Position numbers and translations under genes: made by a program
Notes under the pieces: model-generated
Told to the model about the DNA's origin: nothing
What the model saw: only the letters and a program-made list of their open reading frames with translations
Databases searched by the model: none
Virus record (IMG/VR): IMGVR_UViG_3300045988_159199
Reading direction: 5' to 3' (one strand)
Length of the DNA stretch: 39,458 nucleotides
Origin: a virus
In this document: in pieces, positions 33,294 through 39,458 of the stretch
Layout of the letters: every line of letters starts with the position of its first letter
Position numbering within the stretch: position 1 is the first letter of the stretch

Positions 33294-34523
33294 TCATATC
33301 TCGTAGGCCTCTATGGTGAGGCTGGTGTAGTAGCGGCTAACGAGTATTTTCAATCGCTTGCCAACAAGTGGCTCAGATGCAAAGTATGCGGCCGTCGACC
33401 GCGCCGTGATTTCCGAGAGCAAGACACCTCCGCTTTTGAGTGCAAAGTGCGGTTTTGCCTGCGATCCTTCCGGCACCGGTAGCTGTTCGACAGTGGCCTC
33501 GAAAGCGATGAACCCTTCGTCGGGAATTCTAGGACCATTCCAGTTGTTCTCCGAGACGCGGAATATTGCCGTTGCGGCGACCACATCCGCTCCATATGCT
33601 TGTCGCTGTTCGTATTCCTTGAGCGAGGCGTTACCAGTTTCGCTTTCCTTCGCCTCTTCCAGCGTTGGCACCATGACGTAGATTTCGGGAACGCCTGTTT
33701 GGTACCATCCTTGGCGCATGGCCACGAGTTCCACATTTTTCGCGCCAGATTCAAGGATTGCACGAATGTGGATTACCGCGATGTGGTTGAAGAGAACGCC
33801 GAACGGTTTCCCTTTGTATTCGACCGCATACCCATCATCCACGCCGCTGCGCCATTGTCTTCCGTTAAGTCGACTTTTCAGCGTTATCGGACGGGTAACA
33901 ACGCTGATTTTTTCGGCACGCCCCTCTTTGAGCTTGAGTATGGGGCGTGGGTCGTAGACGTAGATTGTGGCAGGGTATGAACCGGAGACGGTTTCGGTTT
34001 CCCGAGTCACCGACACTGACAGAATTTTTGGCGGGATGATGATCGGCGACGGCGATATCGTCCTTGACAACGCAGAACTTTGTCCCGTTTCTCGACGAGC
34101 CGACACTAACGCTTCACCATCCTCTACCTCGACGCCGGCGAGCGCAGGCGATGTTTCATCATTGGGCTGTGCATGTCCGTGGTTTGCGCGTCCGTCCCAG
34201 TGACCATTGGCTGCTCGTTTTCGCTCGTGTTCGTTATCCTCGTCCAGCACGATGCTGGGGTCTTTTGCGGCCCTGGCGGCGCGTTGTTCGGCTCGAATCT
34301 TCTCGGGGTCGTGGATCATGTCGCCGACGACCCACAGCATCCATCCGACGAATGCGATGATTAGCGCGATTATGGTGCATGTCAGGAAATCGGTGCTCAA
34401 TCCGCCAACGAAAATCAGCAGGGCGAATATCCATACTCCGATTGCCAGAATCCGGAATATGACCATACCGATGGTTCTGGGCATCGACGCCTTTCGCTTG
34501 GCCTGACGTTTTCCGGGCATCAT
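33294..34523 (-). CDS. Membrane protein, 2 N-terminal TM helices plus about 300-aa domain of unknown function (island gene D)
   Basis: 409-aa ORF with no competing frame. Helices: MVIFRILAIGVWIFALLIFVGGL and FLTCTIIALIIAFVGWMLWVV. It is preceded by the duplicated leader. Confidence 0.8.
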   Translation of the reverse strand: MMPGKRQAKRKASMPRTIGMVIFRILAIGVWIFALLIFVGGLSTDFLTCTIIALIIAFVGWMLWVVGDMIHDPEKIRAEQRAARAAKDPSIVLDEDNEHERKRAANGHWDGRANHGHAQPNDETSPALAGVEVEDGEALVSARRETGQSSALSRTISPSPIIIPPKILSVSVTRETETVSGSYPATIYVYDPRPILKLKEGRAEKISVVTRPITLKSRLNGRQWRSGVDDGYAVEYKGKPFGVLFNHIAVIHIRAILESGAKNVELVAMRQGWYQTGVPEIYVMVPTLEEAKESETGNASLKEYEQRQAYGADVVAATAIFRVSENNWNGPRIPDEGFIAFEATVEQLPVPEGSQAKPHFALKSGGVLLSEITARSTAAYFASEPLVGKRLKILVSRYYTSLTIEAYEI

Positions 34524-34585
34524 GCCTCCAACCTCTTTGTTCGTTCGGCCGACTCGATGCGGCTATGTTTAGATTCTACCGCCGT
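34518..34585 (-). repeat. Leader repeat copy A (68 bp) covering the first two codons, the RBS and a TAGAAT box of gene D
   Basis: It matches 35246-35312 with 2 mismatches and 1 indel. The minus strand reads ACGGCGGTAGAATCTAAACATAGCCGCATCGAGTCGGCCGAACGAACAAAGAGGTTGGAGGCATGATG. Confidence 0.85.
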
Positions 34586-34594
34586 CTTTTGGCA

Positions 34595-35251
34595 TCATTC
34601 CGCCACTTCATCTGCCGACAGGGGTTTCGACCGCCATCGATACGCTGTCACGTTCCTTAAATCATCTATGACTATCCGCGGTCGCAGTTCAGGTCGGCAT
34701 TGCGTTTCTGTATTCCGGTCGAATCGGTCGGCGGCATCACATAGCGCAAGACACAGTTCCTCGACGGATACGACGAGGCTGTACTCCGCGTTTTCCTCGT
34801 CGTCATGTTCCCACGTCTTGCCGAGTTTCGAACTCAGTCCAATACGCAATGAGAACGAGACGTGTTCAAGATTGACGTCATTCCGCATCAGCCTCCCTTG
34901 GTCATCCAACTCGTACAGGTATTTGGTCTCCATATTGGCATCGCCGTTGTGAAGCAGTTCGCAGCGCAGCTTGTAACATGCAAGGGCATCAAAGGCCGGC
35001 ATCGGGTCCTTACCCATTCTTGAGCTAAGGGCATATCCACAGTATTGCCGGTACCAGTCCATGTATCTTTTCCCGACTTTTTTCTCTTCCGGAAAGGCAA
35101 TCTGCCCGTAGGCATCCGGAATTGTGAGCGAAAGAGCTAGGGCGGCGCCATAGCATTCCGCCTGCAGCGTCTTCCTTACCTCATCGGCAAGGCTTATCTC
35201 CATAGGGTTCATCATCTGCGATGCAAGTCTTCTATTCTTCGTCGACATCAT
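34595..35251 (-). CDS. HEPN-like protein (Rx4H motif), predicted RNase/abortive-infection effector (island gene C)
   Basis: The 218-aa product is predicted helical. RCELLH is encoded at 34949-34966 (CGC TGC GAA CTG CTT CAC). An Ala-rich first helix AECYGAALALSLTIPDAYGQ is present. The gene is preceded by leader repeat B. Confidence 0.75.
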   Translation of the reverse strand: MMSTKNRRLASQMMNPMEISLADEVRKTLQAECYGAALALSLTIPDAYGQIAFPEEKKVGKRYMDWYRQYCGYALSSRMGKDPMPAFDALACYKLRCELLHNGDANMETKYLYELDDQGRLMRNDVNLEHVSFSLRIGLSSKLGKTWEHDDEENAEYSLVVSVEELCLALCDAADRFDRNTETQCRPELRPRIVIDDLRNVTAYRWRSKPLSADEVAE

Positions 35252-35312
35252 GCCTCCAACCTCGTTGTTCGTTCGGCCGGCTCGATGCGGCTTGTTTAGA
35301 TTCTACCGCCGT
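35246..35312 (-). repeat. Leader repeat copy B (67 bp) covering the first two codons, the RBS and a TAGAAT box of gene C
   Basis: Near-identical to 34518-34585. Confidence 0.85.
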
Positions 35313-35323
35313 ATATACGGAAT

Positions 35324-35354
35324 CGCCCCGGCCGCTCTTGCGAGCGCCGGGGCG
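35324..35354. other. GC-rich hairpin related in sequence to the 33259-33286 terminator but lacking a U-tract
   Basis: cgccccggccgctc / gagcgccggggcg. It shares the arms CCCCGG.CGCTC and GAGCGCCGGGG with the other hairpin. It lies between gene B and leader copy B. Confidence 0.5.
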
Positions 35355-35369
35355 GCTTCGGAGCATCGG

Positions 35370-36512
35370 TCAGTTGTCCGCTTGCCGAAATGTTTTTGAG
35401 CCGAATCCCATGGAGGCTCCTTGCTCTTTGAGCCCATCCGCCCATTGGTCTAGGAATCGGAATGGCACGTTGAGGCTGTTTTCGGCCTTGAACGTATCTA
35501 TCCCTTTATTTGGGTCGGCCGGGTCTCCGTATCCGGCAACAATCATTTGCTTAAGTAGTATCGGATGCTCGTCACCGACGTGTACAGGCTCCTCTTTTCT
35601 CCATCCTCTCGCGCTAAGTTGGATTTGCAGCGATCGGGTTCTGTCCGCGTCGATTATTCCGAGGTTGCTCGCGCGACTGATCATCGATGATATGGACATG
35701 CCCCATCCTGCTTTGAGTCGCACCAAATCGGTGAGCATGAGGCGCTGTGGCATGATGAGCTTCGCGTCGTTTTGAGGCATGAGCAGAGCACCGGCGAATC
35801 GGTGAGCCTCCCTCTCCATTTCCCGATAGAGCTGGGGTCTGCGGTATCGATGCAGAATTAGGTGTCCGAGCTCGTGTGCGATGGTGAATCTGAGTCTGTC
35901 ACCCGTATTGTTTTTCGCGCTGTATCCGATGGTCGGCATATCCTTGCAGTTCGGTTGCGTCACTCCGTCGCTGTTCAGGTGTGCGGTCTGTTTCGAGGCC
36001 AAGGCATGGAGCGGTGCCACCACGATGCCCATTTTTTCTATGGCGCGCGTGAGATTGGGGACGCTGCCGGATTCATTGAGTCCGAGATGAGTGCGGGTAC
36101 TGTCTGCCAAGCGCTCTATGCGGCTTTGCTCCAGCTCATTTTCTCTTGGAGCTATGGCATCAATCCATGATGTTTTGGGTTGCAGCCTCAGCACCGAGGA
36201 TAGCTTCTGCGCAACCGAGCGGAGCAGAGCATATTCCGCAGCAATGGCGTTTAGTTCTCCGACCGATGCGCTTGACGTATGGCGATACGTCAATTCAACA
36301 ATAGGGACGGGCTGATCCTGGTCGAGGAAAAACGACAACGGGTAGTCGGTCGCCATTGAGATTCTGCGCGCGGCCTCATCGGTGAAATCGATTTGCCGGT
36401 TTTGCAGTTTACTGAGCGTTCCTTGAGCTATGCCGGTTTTTTCCGCGAGCTTTTTCTGGGTCATGCGTTCGACCTGGCGGAGCAGGATGACCCTGTCCGG
36501 ATTATAGTTCAC
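35370..36512 (-). CDS. XRE-family HTH fused to ImmA/IrrE-type zinc metallopeptidase (M78, COG2856-like) (island gene B)
   Basis: The N-terminal HTH reads MTQKKLAEKTGIAQGTLSKLQN. HELGH is encoded at 35862-35876 (CAC GAG CTC GGA CAC) within FTIAHELGHLILH...EREAHRFAGALLMP. Confidence 0.85.
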   Translation of the reverse strand: MNYNPDRVILLRQVERMTQKKLAEKTGIAQGTLSKLQNRQIDFTDEAARRISMATDYPLSFFLDQDQPVPIVELTYRHTSSASVGELNAIAAEYALLRSVAQKLSSVLRLQPKTSWIDAIAPRENELEQSRIERLADSTRTHLGLNESGSVPNLTRAIEKMGIVVAPLHALASKQTAHLNSDGVTQPNCKDMPTIGYSAKNNTGDRLRFTIAHELGHLILHRYRRPQLYREMEREAHRFAGALLMPQNDAKLIMPQRLMLTDLVRLKAGWGMSISSMISRASNLGIIDADRTRSLQIQLSARGWRKEEPVHVGDEHPILLKQMIVAGYGDPADPNKGIDTFKAENSLNVPFRFLDQWADGLKEQGASMGFGSKTFRQADN

Positions 36513-36545
36513 GTCTCTCTCCTTTTGTTTTTACCGCATTGAACT

Positions 36546-37202
36546 CTAGCAACCCACCTTCTCTTCGATTGTCAGGCCCTTCAGAATGTCGATTTCGTCA
36601 TCTGGTTCCGGGTCGAACCCCGGCATCCATCCTCGGCCGCCACCGCCATCCGACATGATGGGGAACGAATACGCCGATTTTCCTTTCGCGCCATACTTTC
36701 CGGGGCTTATCGGCTTATACACGCGCAGGAACGCCGGTTCGGGAAAAAGATAGTCGCAGGCGATGGTGAGCTTGACCTCGCTCAGATCGGGTTGACCAAG
36801 GACGTTGACCATAAGCTGGCCCACACCCTTCGCACCATTCTGGCTGTATCGCGCCCTGCCCGCCAGCGTATGACCGGAACACGGCATACCACGTGTGATG
36901 GGATCAACGGCATGGAAGTAAGAGATTGCACCCGTGGGCGTGTGCATGAGGTGGAAGAATCCCGAATTGTCCACTTCCCACCACCTAACCGGATGAAATT
37001 CTTTCCACTCCTTCGCCATGTTCATGTTGATGAGGTATGCCGCGATTCGCGATTTCTGCCGGTCGCTAAGACGCTTATATGAGGCGAGGTCCTTCTTGAT
37101 GTTTGCGGTGCAGTCTCGAACGAATTCAGGCAGAAACTCGCAGAGCGGACTAAAGGCCTCCATGACCGCCTGCTTCTCATCGATTTTCGCGATATCCGTC
37201 AC
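36546..37202 (-). CDS. Protein of unknown function, first gene of the A-B operon (island gene A)
   Basis: 218-aa ORF with a GTG start at 37202 (an alternative ATG lies 13 codons in). It ends 33 nt upstream of gene B. No motif was recognised. Confidence 0.7.
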   Translation of the reverse strand: MTDIAKIDEKQAVMEAFSPLCEFLPEFVRDCTANIKKDLASYKRLSDRQKSRIAAYLINMNMAKEWKEFHPVRWWEVDNSGFFHLMHTPTGAISYFHAVDPITRGMPCSGHTLAGRARYSQNGAKGVGQLMVNVLGQPDLSEVKLTIACDYLFPEPAFLRVYKPISPGKYGAKGKSAYSFPIMSDGGGGRGWMPGFDPEPDDEIDILKGLTIEEKVGC

Positions 37203-37244
37203 GCCAATGACCTTTCGTTTCCCTTGGATAACTTCTAAAAGAAT

Positions 37245-37263
37245 ATTTTAACACTAGATGTTA
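37245..37263 (-). promoter_or_regulatory. Extended -10 promoter (TGTTAAAAT) for the A-B operon, overlapped by inverted repeat TAACA-N5-TGTTA
   Basis: The minus strand reads agTGtTAAAAT (37253-37245). TAACACTAGATGTTA lies at 37249-37263 in the AT-rich divergent intergenic region. Confidence 0.45.
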
Positions 37264-37352
37264 CTATCAAGGAATAATTCGCCGCCCTTCAGGCACCACC
37301 AGAAATAAAGCCGCTTGCCGCAACGTTCGACCGGCGTGTCGCGACTGCCATC

Positions 37353-37381
37353 TTGTATAACTTACTTAGTTGAGCTATAAT
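37353..37381 (+). promoter_or_regulatory. Near-consensus sigma-70-type promoter TTGTAT-17 bp-TATAAT
   Basis: -35 is at 37353-37358, -10 is at 37376-37381 and the spacer is exactly 17 nt. It lies about 40 nt upstream of the small peptide gene. Confidence 0.6.
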
Positions 37382-37423
37382 TATTATGTAAGCGAAAGCA
37401 GAACAGTGGAAGGAGGTGAGACA

Positions 37424-37573
37424 TGGATGAGATCTGGAAAGCGATAGAAGCCATCGGCTCCCTGCTGGTCGGAATCGCCGCAGTCATCGCGGCGGTGAAA
37501 TCCAAAGGCAACGAGCCACCACCCGCACCGAAGCCCAAGCCGCCGCACATACGGCGAAGGCCTCGCCGGTAGT
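37424..37573 (+). CDS. Small membrane peptide (49 aa): 1 TM plus Pro/Arg-rich tail
   Basis: GGAAGGAGG lies 6 nt upstream of ATG. Sequence: MDEIWKAIEAIGSLLVGIAAVIAAVKSKGNEPPPAPKPKPPHIRRRPRR. It is absent from the ORF track because it is under 60 aa. Confidence 0.6.
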
Positions 37574-37650
37574 ACAAGAGCCGCAGATTCCGAATAGTCC
37601 TAGTATCCGGAGCTGCGGCTCCCTATCCCCAGACTAATCCATGGAGCATC

Positions 37651-37797
37651 ATGAACACAACAAACGCATACAGGCTCGTCTCGCTGATATGTGGCGCGAT
37701 GTGCCTCATTCTCGCCATCGGCGGTCAGGCCATCGCGGCCGGAACCTTCGGCATGGCCGCCGGAGTGTTCGGCTATCTGTCGGGAGGCCGGAAATGA
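37651..37797 (+). CDS. Small membrane peptide (48 aa), Gly-zipper-like
   Basis: GGAG lies 4 nt upstream of ATG. Sequence: MNTTNAYRLVSLICGAMCLILAIGGQAIAAGTFGMAAGVFGYLSGGRK. Its stop overlaps the next start (ATGA). Confidence 0.55.
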   Translation: MNTTNAYRLVSLICGAMCLILAIGGQAIAAGTFGMAAGVFGYLSGGRK

Positions 37798-38021
37798 GCA
37801 CCGCAAGATATCTCAGCCTCAAGGAGGTCGGCGAGCGCATCGGCACGAGCAATCCGGCCGCGAGGGGGTATCATCTGCCGGAACCGGACGCACTGATCGG
37901 CACGACTCGCGGCTGGCTTCCGGAGACAATCGATGCGTGGAACGCCGCCCGCCCCGGTCGTGGTGCGGGCGGCGGAAGGCCGCGCAAGAATCGCAATCAG
38001 GCCGATTCTCCCACCGCCTGA
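37794..38021 (+). CDS. Xis/AlpA-like small HTH DNA-binding protein (candidate excisionase)
   Basis: GGGAGG lies upstream of ATG 37794. Sequence: YLSLKEVGERIGTSNPAARGY..TRGWLPETIDAW, followed by a basic tail. Its 3' end overlaps the integrase 3' end by 25 nt (convergent). Confidence 0.6.
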   Translation: MSTARYLSLKEVGERIGTSNPAARGYHLPEPDALIGTTRGWLPETIDAWNAARPGRGAGGGRPRKNRNQADSPTA

Positions 38022-39238
38022 CGAGCCTTGTCGGCGAGCGCCGCAAGGCTTGCGGCGGACCAGTGGGTGTATCCGGCCGTCGTGCTGATTTTGGCGTGGC
38101 CCATCATCGCTTTTCTCGCGTCTTCCGGGGCTCCGGCTTCGGCGAGGTGCGTGGAGAAGAAGTGGCGGGCGCTGCGGATGGTGACGCAGGGCAATCCGGC
38201 GTCTTCGAGAGAGCGTTTCCAGCGGCGGCGTTCCACGGTGTTGGTGAGCGGGTGTCCCTCGCGCGTGAATATGAGCTGGCCGGGCTGGCATTGCCTGCGT
38301 CCGACGAGCGCCCAGAGTCCGAGCCACGTCTGGTTGCTGACGGGCACGAACCGGTTGCCCTGCTTGCTTTTCGGTTCGACGAGCCAGAAGCATCCCTCGT
38401 AATGGCGGGAGCGGAGCCAGTTGGGCACTTCTGCATCGGATCTGAAGCGTTGGAGCTCCCACATGATCTGGATTCCGTGCACGCCGTCGACGGTGGCGAG
38501 CTCTTCGGGCAGGATGGCGAATCTTTCGGCCTCTCTCATGCCGGTCTCGAACATGATGTTCCACATGAGGCTCCACATTTCGCGGTCGTCGTCGGTATCT
38601 GCCAGGTGGCTGTATTTGCGACGCTTGGGGTCGAGTGCGGCCTGCGCCGCCCGGGCCGGCTGTCCGGGTTCGAGGATTTGGGTGGCCTGCGACTCGTAGC
38701 GCGGCGGCGTTGCGGCGAGCGCCGGGTTCGATGGGATGAGGCGTTCGCGGACCGCTGCGTCGAGCACCTGCCTGAGTCTGAGATAGTGGTTGTGGACGGT
38801 TTTGCTTCGGTGTTCCTTGGCGAGTTTGGCGCACATTCCGTCGATGGTGGCGGGGGTTATTCTGTCGAGTCGCATTCCGCCGATGACGCTGCGGATGGTG
38901 TTGCAGTCGGATCGATAGGTTTCGAGGGTGCGGGGTTTGACATTGGGCGCGATGGTATTGAGCCATCGCTCCATCCATTCGTCGAGCGTTGGGGTTCCGG
39001 CCAGGGGCATATCGCCCTCGCGCTGCAGTCTTTTGATTTTTTCTTGGAGCCGCTGCCGCGCGGCGGTCTTGGTGGGAGCCTGCGCCTCGACCATGCGGCG
39101 TTTGCCGGTGCGCGGGTTTGGTGCGATTTCTTTGCGCGCGTGCCAGGTTCCTCGTTGATCCTGCCATTCGCTGCCGCTTCCCCGCGGCCTGCGTGGAGGT
39201 GTTTTGGACGTCGTTGTTTGGTTCTGTGCGGGCATCAT
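37997..39238 (-). CDS. int: Tyrosine integrase
   Basis: RSARHFFSTHLAEAG and MMGHAKISTTAGYTHW catalytic boxes are present, with an N-terminal SAM-like core-binding region. The gene is adjacent to att/tRNA. Confidence 0.9.
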   Translation of the reverse strand: MMPAQNQTTTSKTPPRRPRGSGSEWQDQRGTWHARKEIAPNPRTGKRRMVEAQAPTKTAARQRLQEKIKRLQREGDMPLAGTPTLDEWMERWLNTIAPNVKPRTLETYRSDCNTIRSVIGGMRLDRITPATIDGMCAKLAKEHRSKTVHNHYLRLRQVLDAAVRERLIPSNPALAATPPRYESQATQILEPGQPARAAQAALDPKRRKYSHLADTDDDREMWSLMWNIMFETGMREAERFAILPEELATVDGVHGIQIMWELQRFRSDAEVPNWLRSRHYEGCFWLVEPKSKQGNRFVPVSNQTWLGLWALVGRRQCQPGQLIFTREGHPLTNTVERRRWKRSLEDAGLPCVTIRSARHFFSTHLAEAGAPEDARKAMMGHAKISTTAGYTHWSAASLAALADKARQAVGESA

Positions 39239-39249
39239 GCCTCTTCCTT

Positions 39250-39295
39250 GGTCATGCTATGTATCAGCTGGAGGTCATGCTATAGGTCATGCTAT
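39250..39295. promoter_or_regulatory. Three arm-type repeats GGTCATGCTAT between the int start and att (candidate integrase arm sites overlapping the int promoter/RBS)
   Basis: Copies at 39250-39260, 39273-39283 and 39285-39295. The first lies 12 nt from the int start codon. Confidence 0.5.
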
Positions 39296-39365
39296 CGAGG
39301 TCACAATCAGGCACGTTTGGCCCAAATCTTGCAATCACGATGATTCGGCACCCGAATATGCGAAA

Positions 39366-39401
39366 GGCCGCAAACCCTTGGAATTGCTTGGGTTTGCGGC
39401 C
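39366..39401 (-). terminator. Rho-independent terminator downstream of tRNA-Gly (12-bp stem)
   Basis: ggccgcaaaccc / gggtttgcggcc with a 12-nt loop, followed by TTTCGC on the minus strand. An identical copy lies at 27-62. Confidence 0.65.
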
Positions 39402-39409
39402 TTTGTCAG

Positions 39410-39458
39410 TGGAGCGGATGACGGGAATCGAACCCGCGTAATCAGTTTGGAAGACTGA
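39410..39458 (-). tRNA. tRNA-Gly (anticodon UCC), 3' part only; the 5' half lies beyond the window end
   Basis: The reverse complement reads TCAGT CTTCCAA ACTGA TTAC GCGGG TTCGATT CCCGT CATCCGC T CCA. These are the anticodon arm with UCC, the T arm, the acceptor strand, discriminator U and CCA. Confidence 0.7.

Larger units (their letters stand above)
1..39458 (-). mobile_element. Integrated temperate prophage (siphovirus-like, HK97-type head module), apparently complete from att to att
   Basis: Identical 119-bp direct repeats at both window edges. Integrase lies next to the right repeat. A full set of lysogeny, replication, packaging, head, tail and lysis genes runs in one minus-strand order. 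Confidence 0.9.
39340..39458. repeat. att direct repeat, int-proximal copy (true extent hidden by the window edge)
   Basis: Identical to 1-119. Confidence 0.9.

Noticed and set aside
35324-35354. Canonical rho-independent terminator after gene B
   Set aside because: The GC-rich stem is present but no U-tract follows on either strand. It is kept only as a structured element or a possible I-shaped terminator.
37691-39343. 550-aa plus ORF and 464-aa minus ORF (37773-39167) overlapping the integrase
   Set aside because: The translations are Arg/Gly-rich junk. The 413-aa frame carries the tyrosine recombinase catalytic boxes.
1-39458. Retron, DGR, IS element, toxin-antitoxin of a known small type, or rRNA
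   Set aside because: No reverse transcriptase, transposase, terminal inverted repeats or rRNA-like sequence was seen on either strand.

Overview
The window is one complete integrated temperate siphovirus-type prophage. The host is inferred to be a high-GC Gram-positive, actinobacterial organism with Bifidobacterium-like codon usage. An identical 119-bp direct repeat sits at both window edges (1-119 = 39340-39458). It carries the 3' half of a tRNA-Gly(UCC) plus the hairpin terminator downstream of it. Nearly all genes are on the minus strand, so phage order runs right to left. (1) Integrase (37997-39238), a small Xis-like HTH gene and two tiny membrane-peptide genes. (2) A visibly AT-richer four-gene accessory island (33.3-37.2 kb). 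It holds an unknown 218-aa protein with an XRE-HTH::ImmA/IrrE metallopeptidase fusion, then a HEPN-like Rx4H protein and a 2-TM protein that share a duplicated 68-bp leader. (3) A divergent switch made of two paralogous HTH genes (32.49-33.23 kb). (4) Early and replication genes: SSB, RusA-like, ParB-like, a winged-helix initiator carrying iterons, many tiny membrane proteins and a lipoprotein. (5) HNH, TerS, TerL, portal, protease, capsid, connectors, tail tube, G/GT chaperone, tape measure, Dit, Tal and fibre. (6) A multiple-inversion shufflon. It comprises a tyrosine recombinase (2466-3335) and five promoterless in-frame C-terminal cassettes (3339-5001) facing the expressed receptor-binding gene (4998-5999). 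All six segments begin at TTCCCTAACCC. (7) The lysis cassette (384-2383). The two most interesting items are the shufflon and the accessory island, which is a candidate prophage-borne defence or abortive-infection locus. All function calls rest on motifs read by eye in the translations; no database or HMM search was possible. Many long ORFs in the supplied track are high-GC shadow frames and were rejected.
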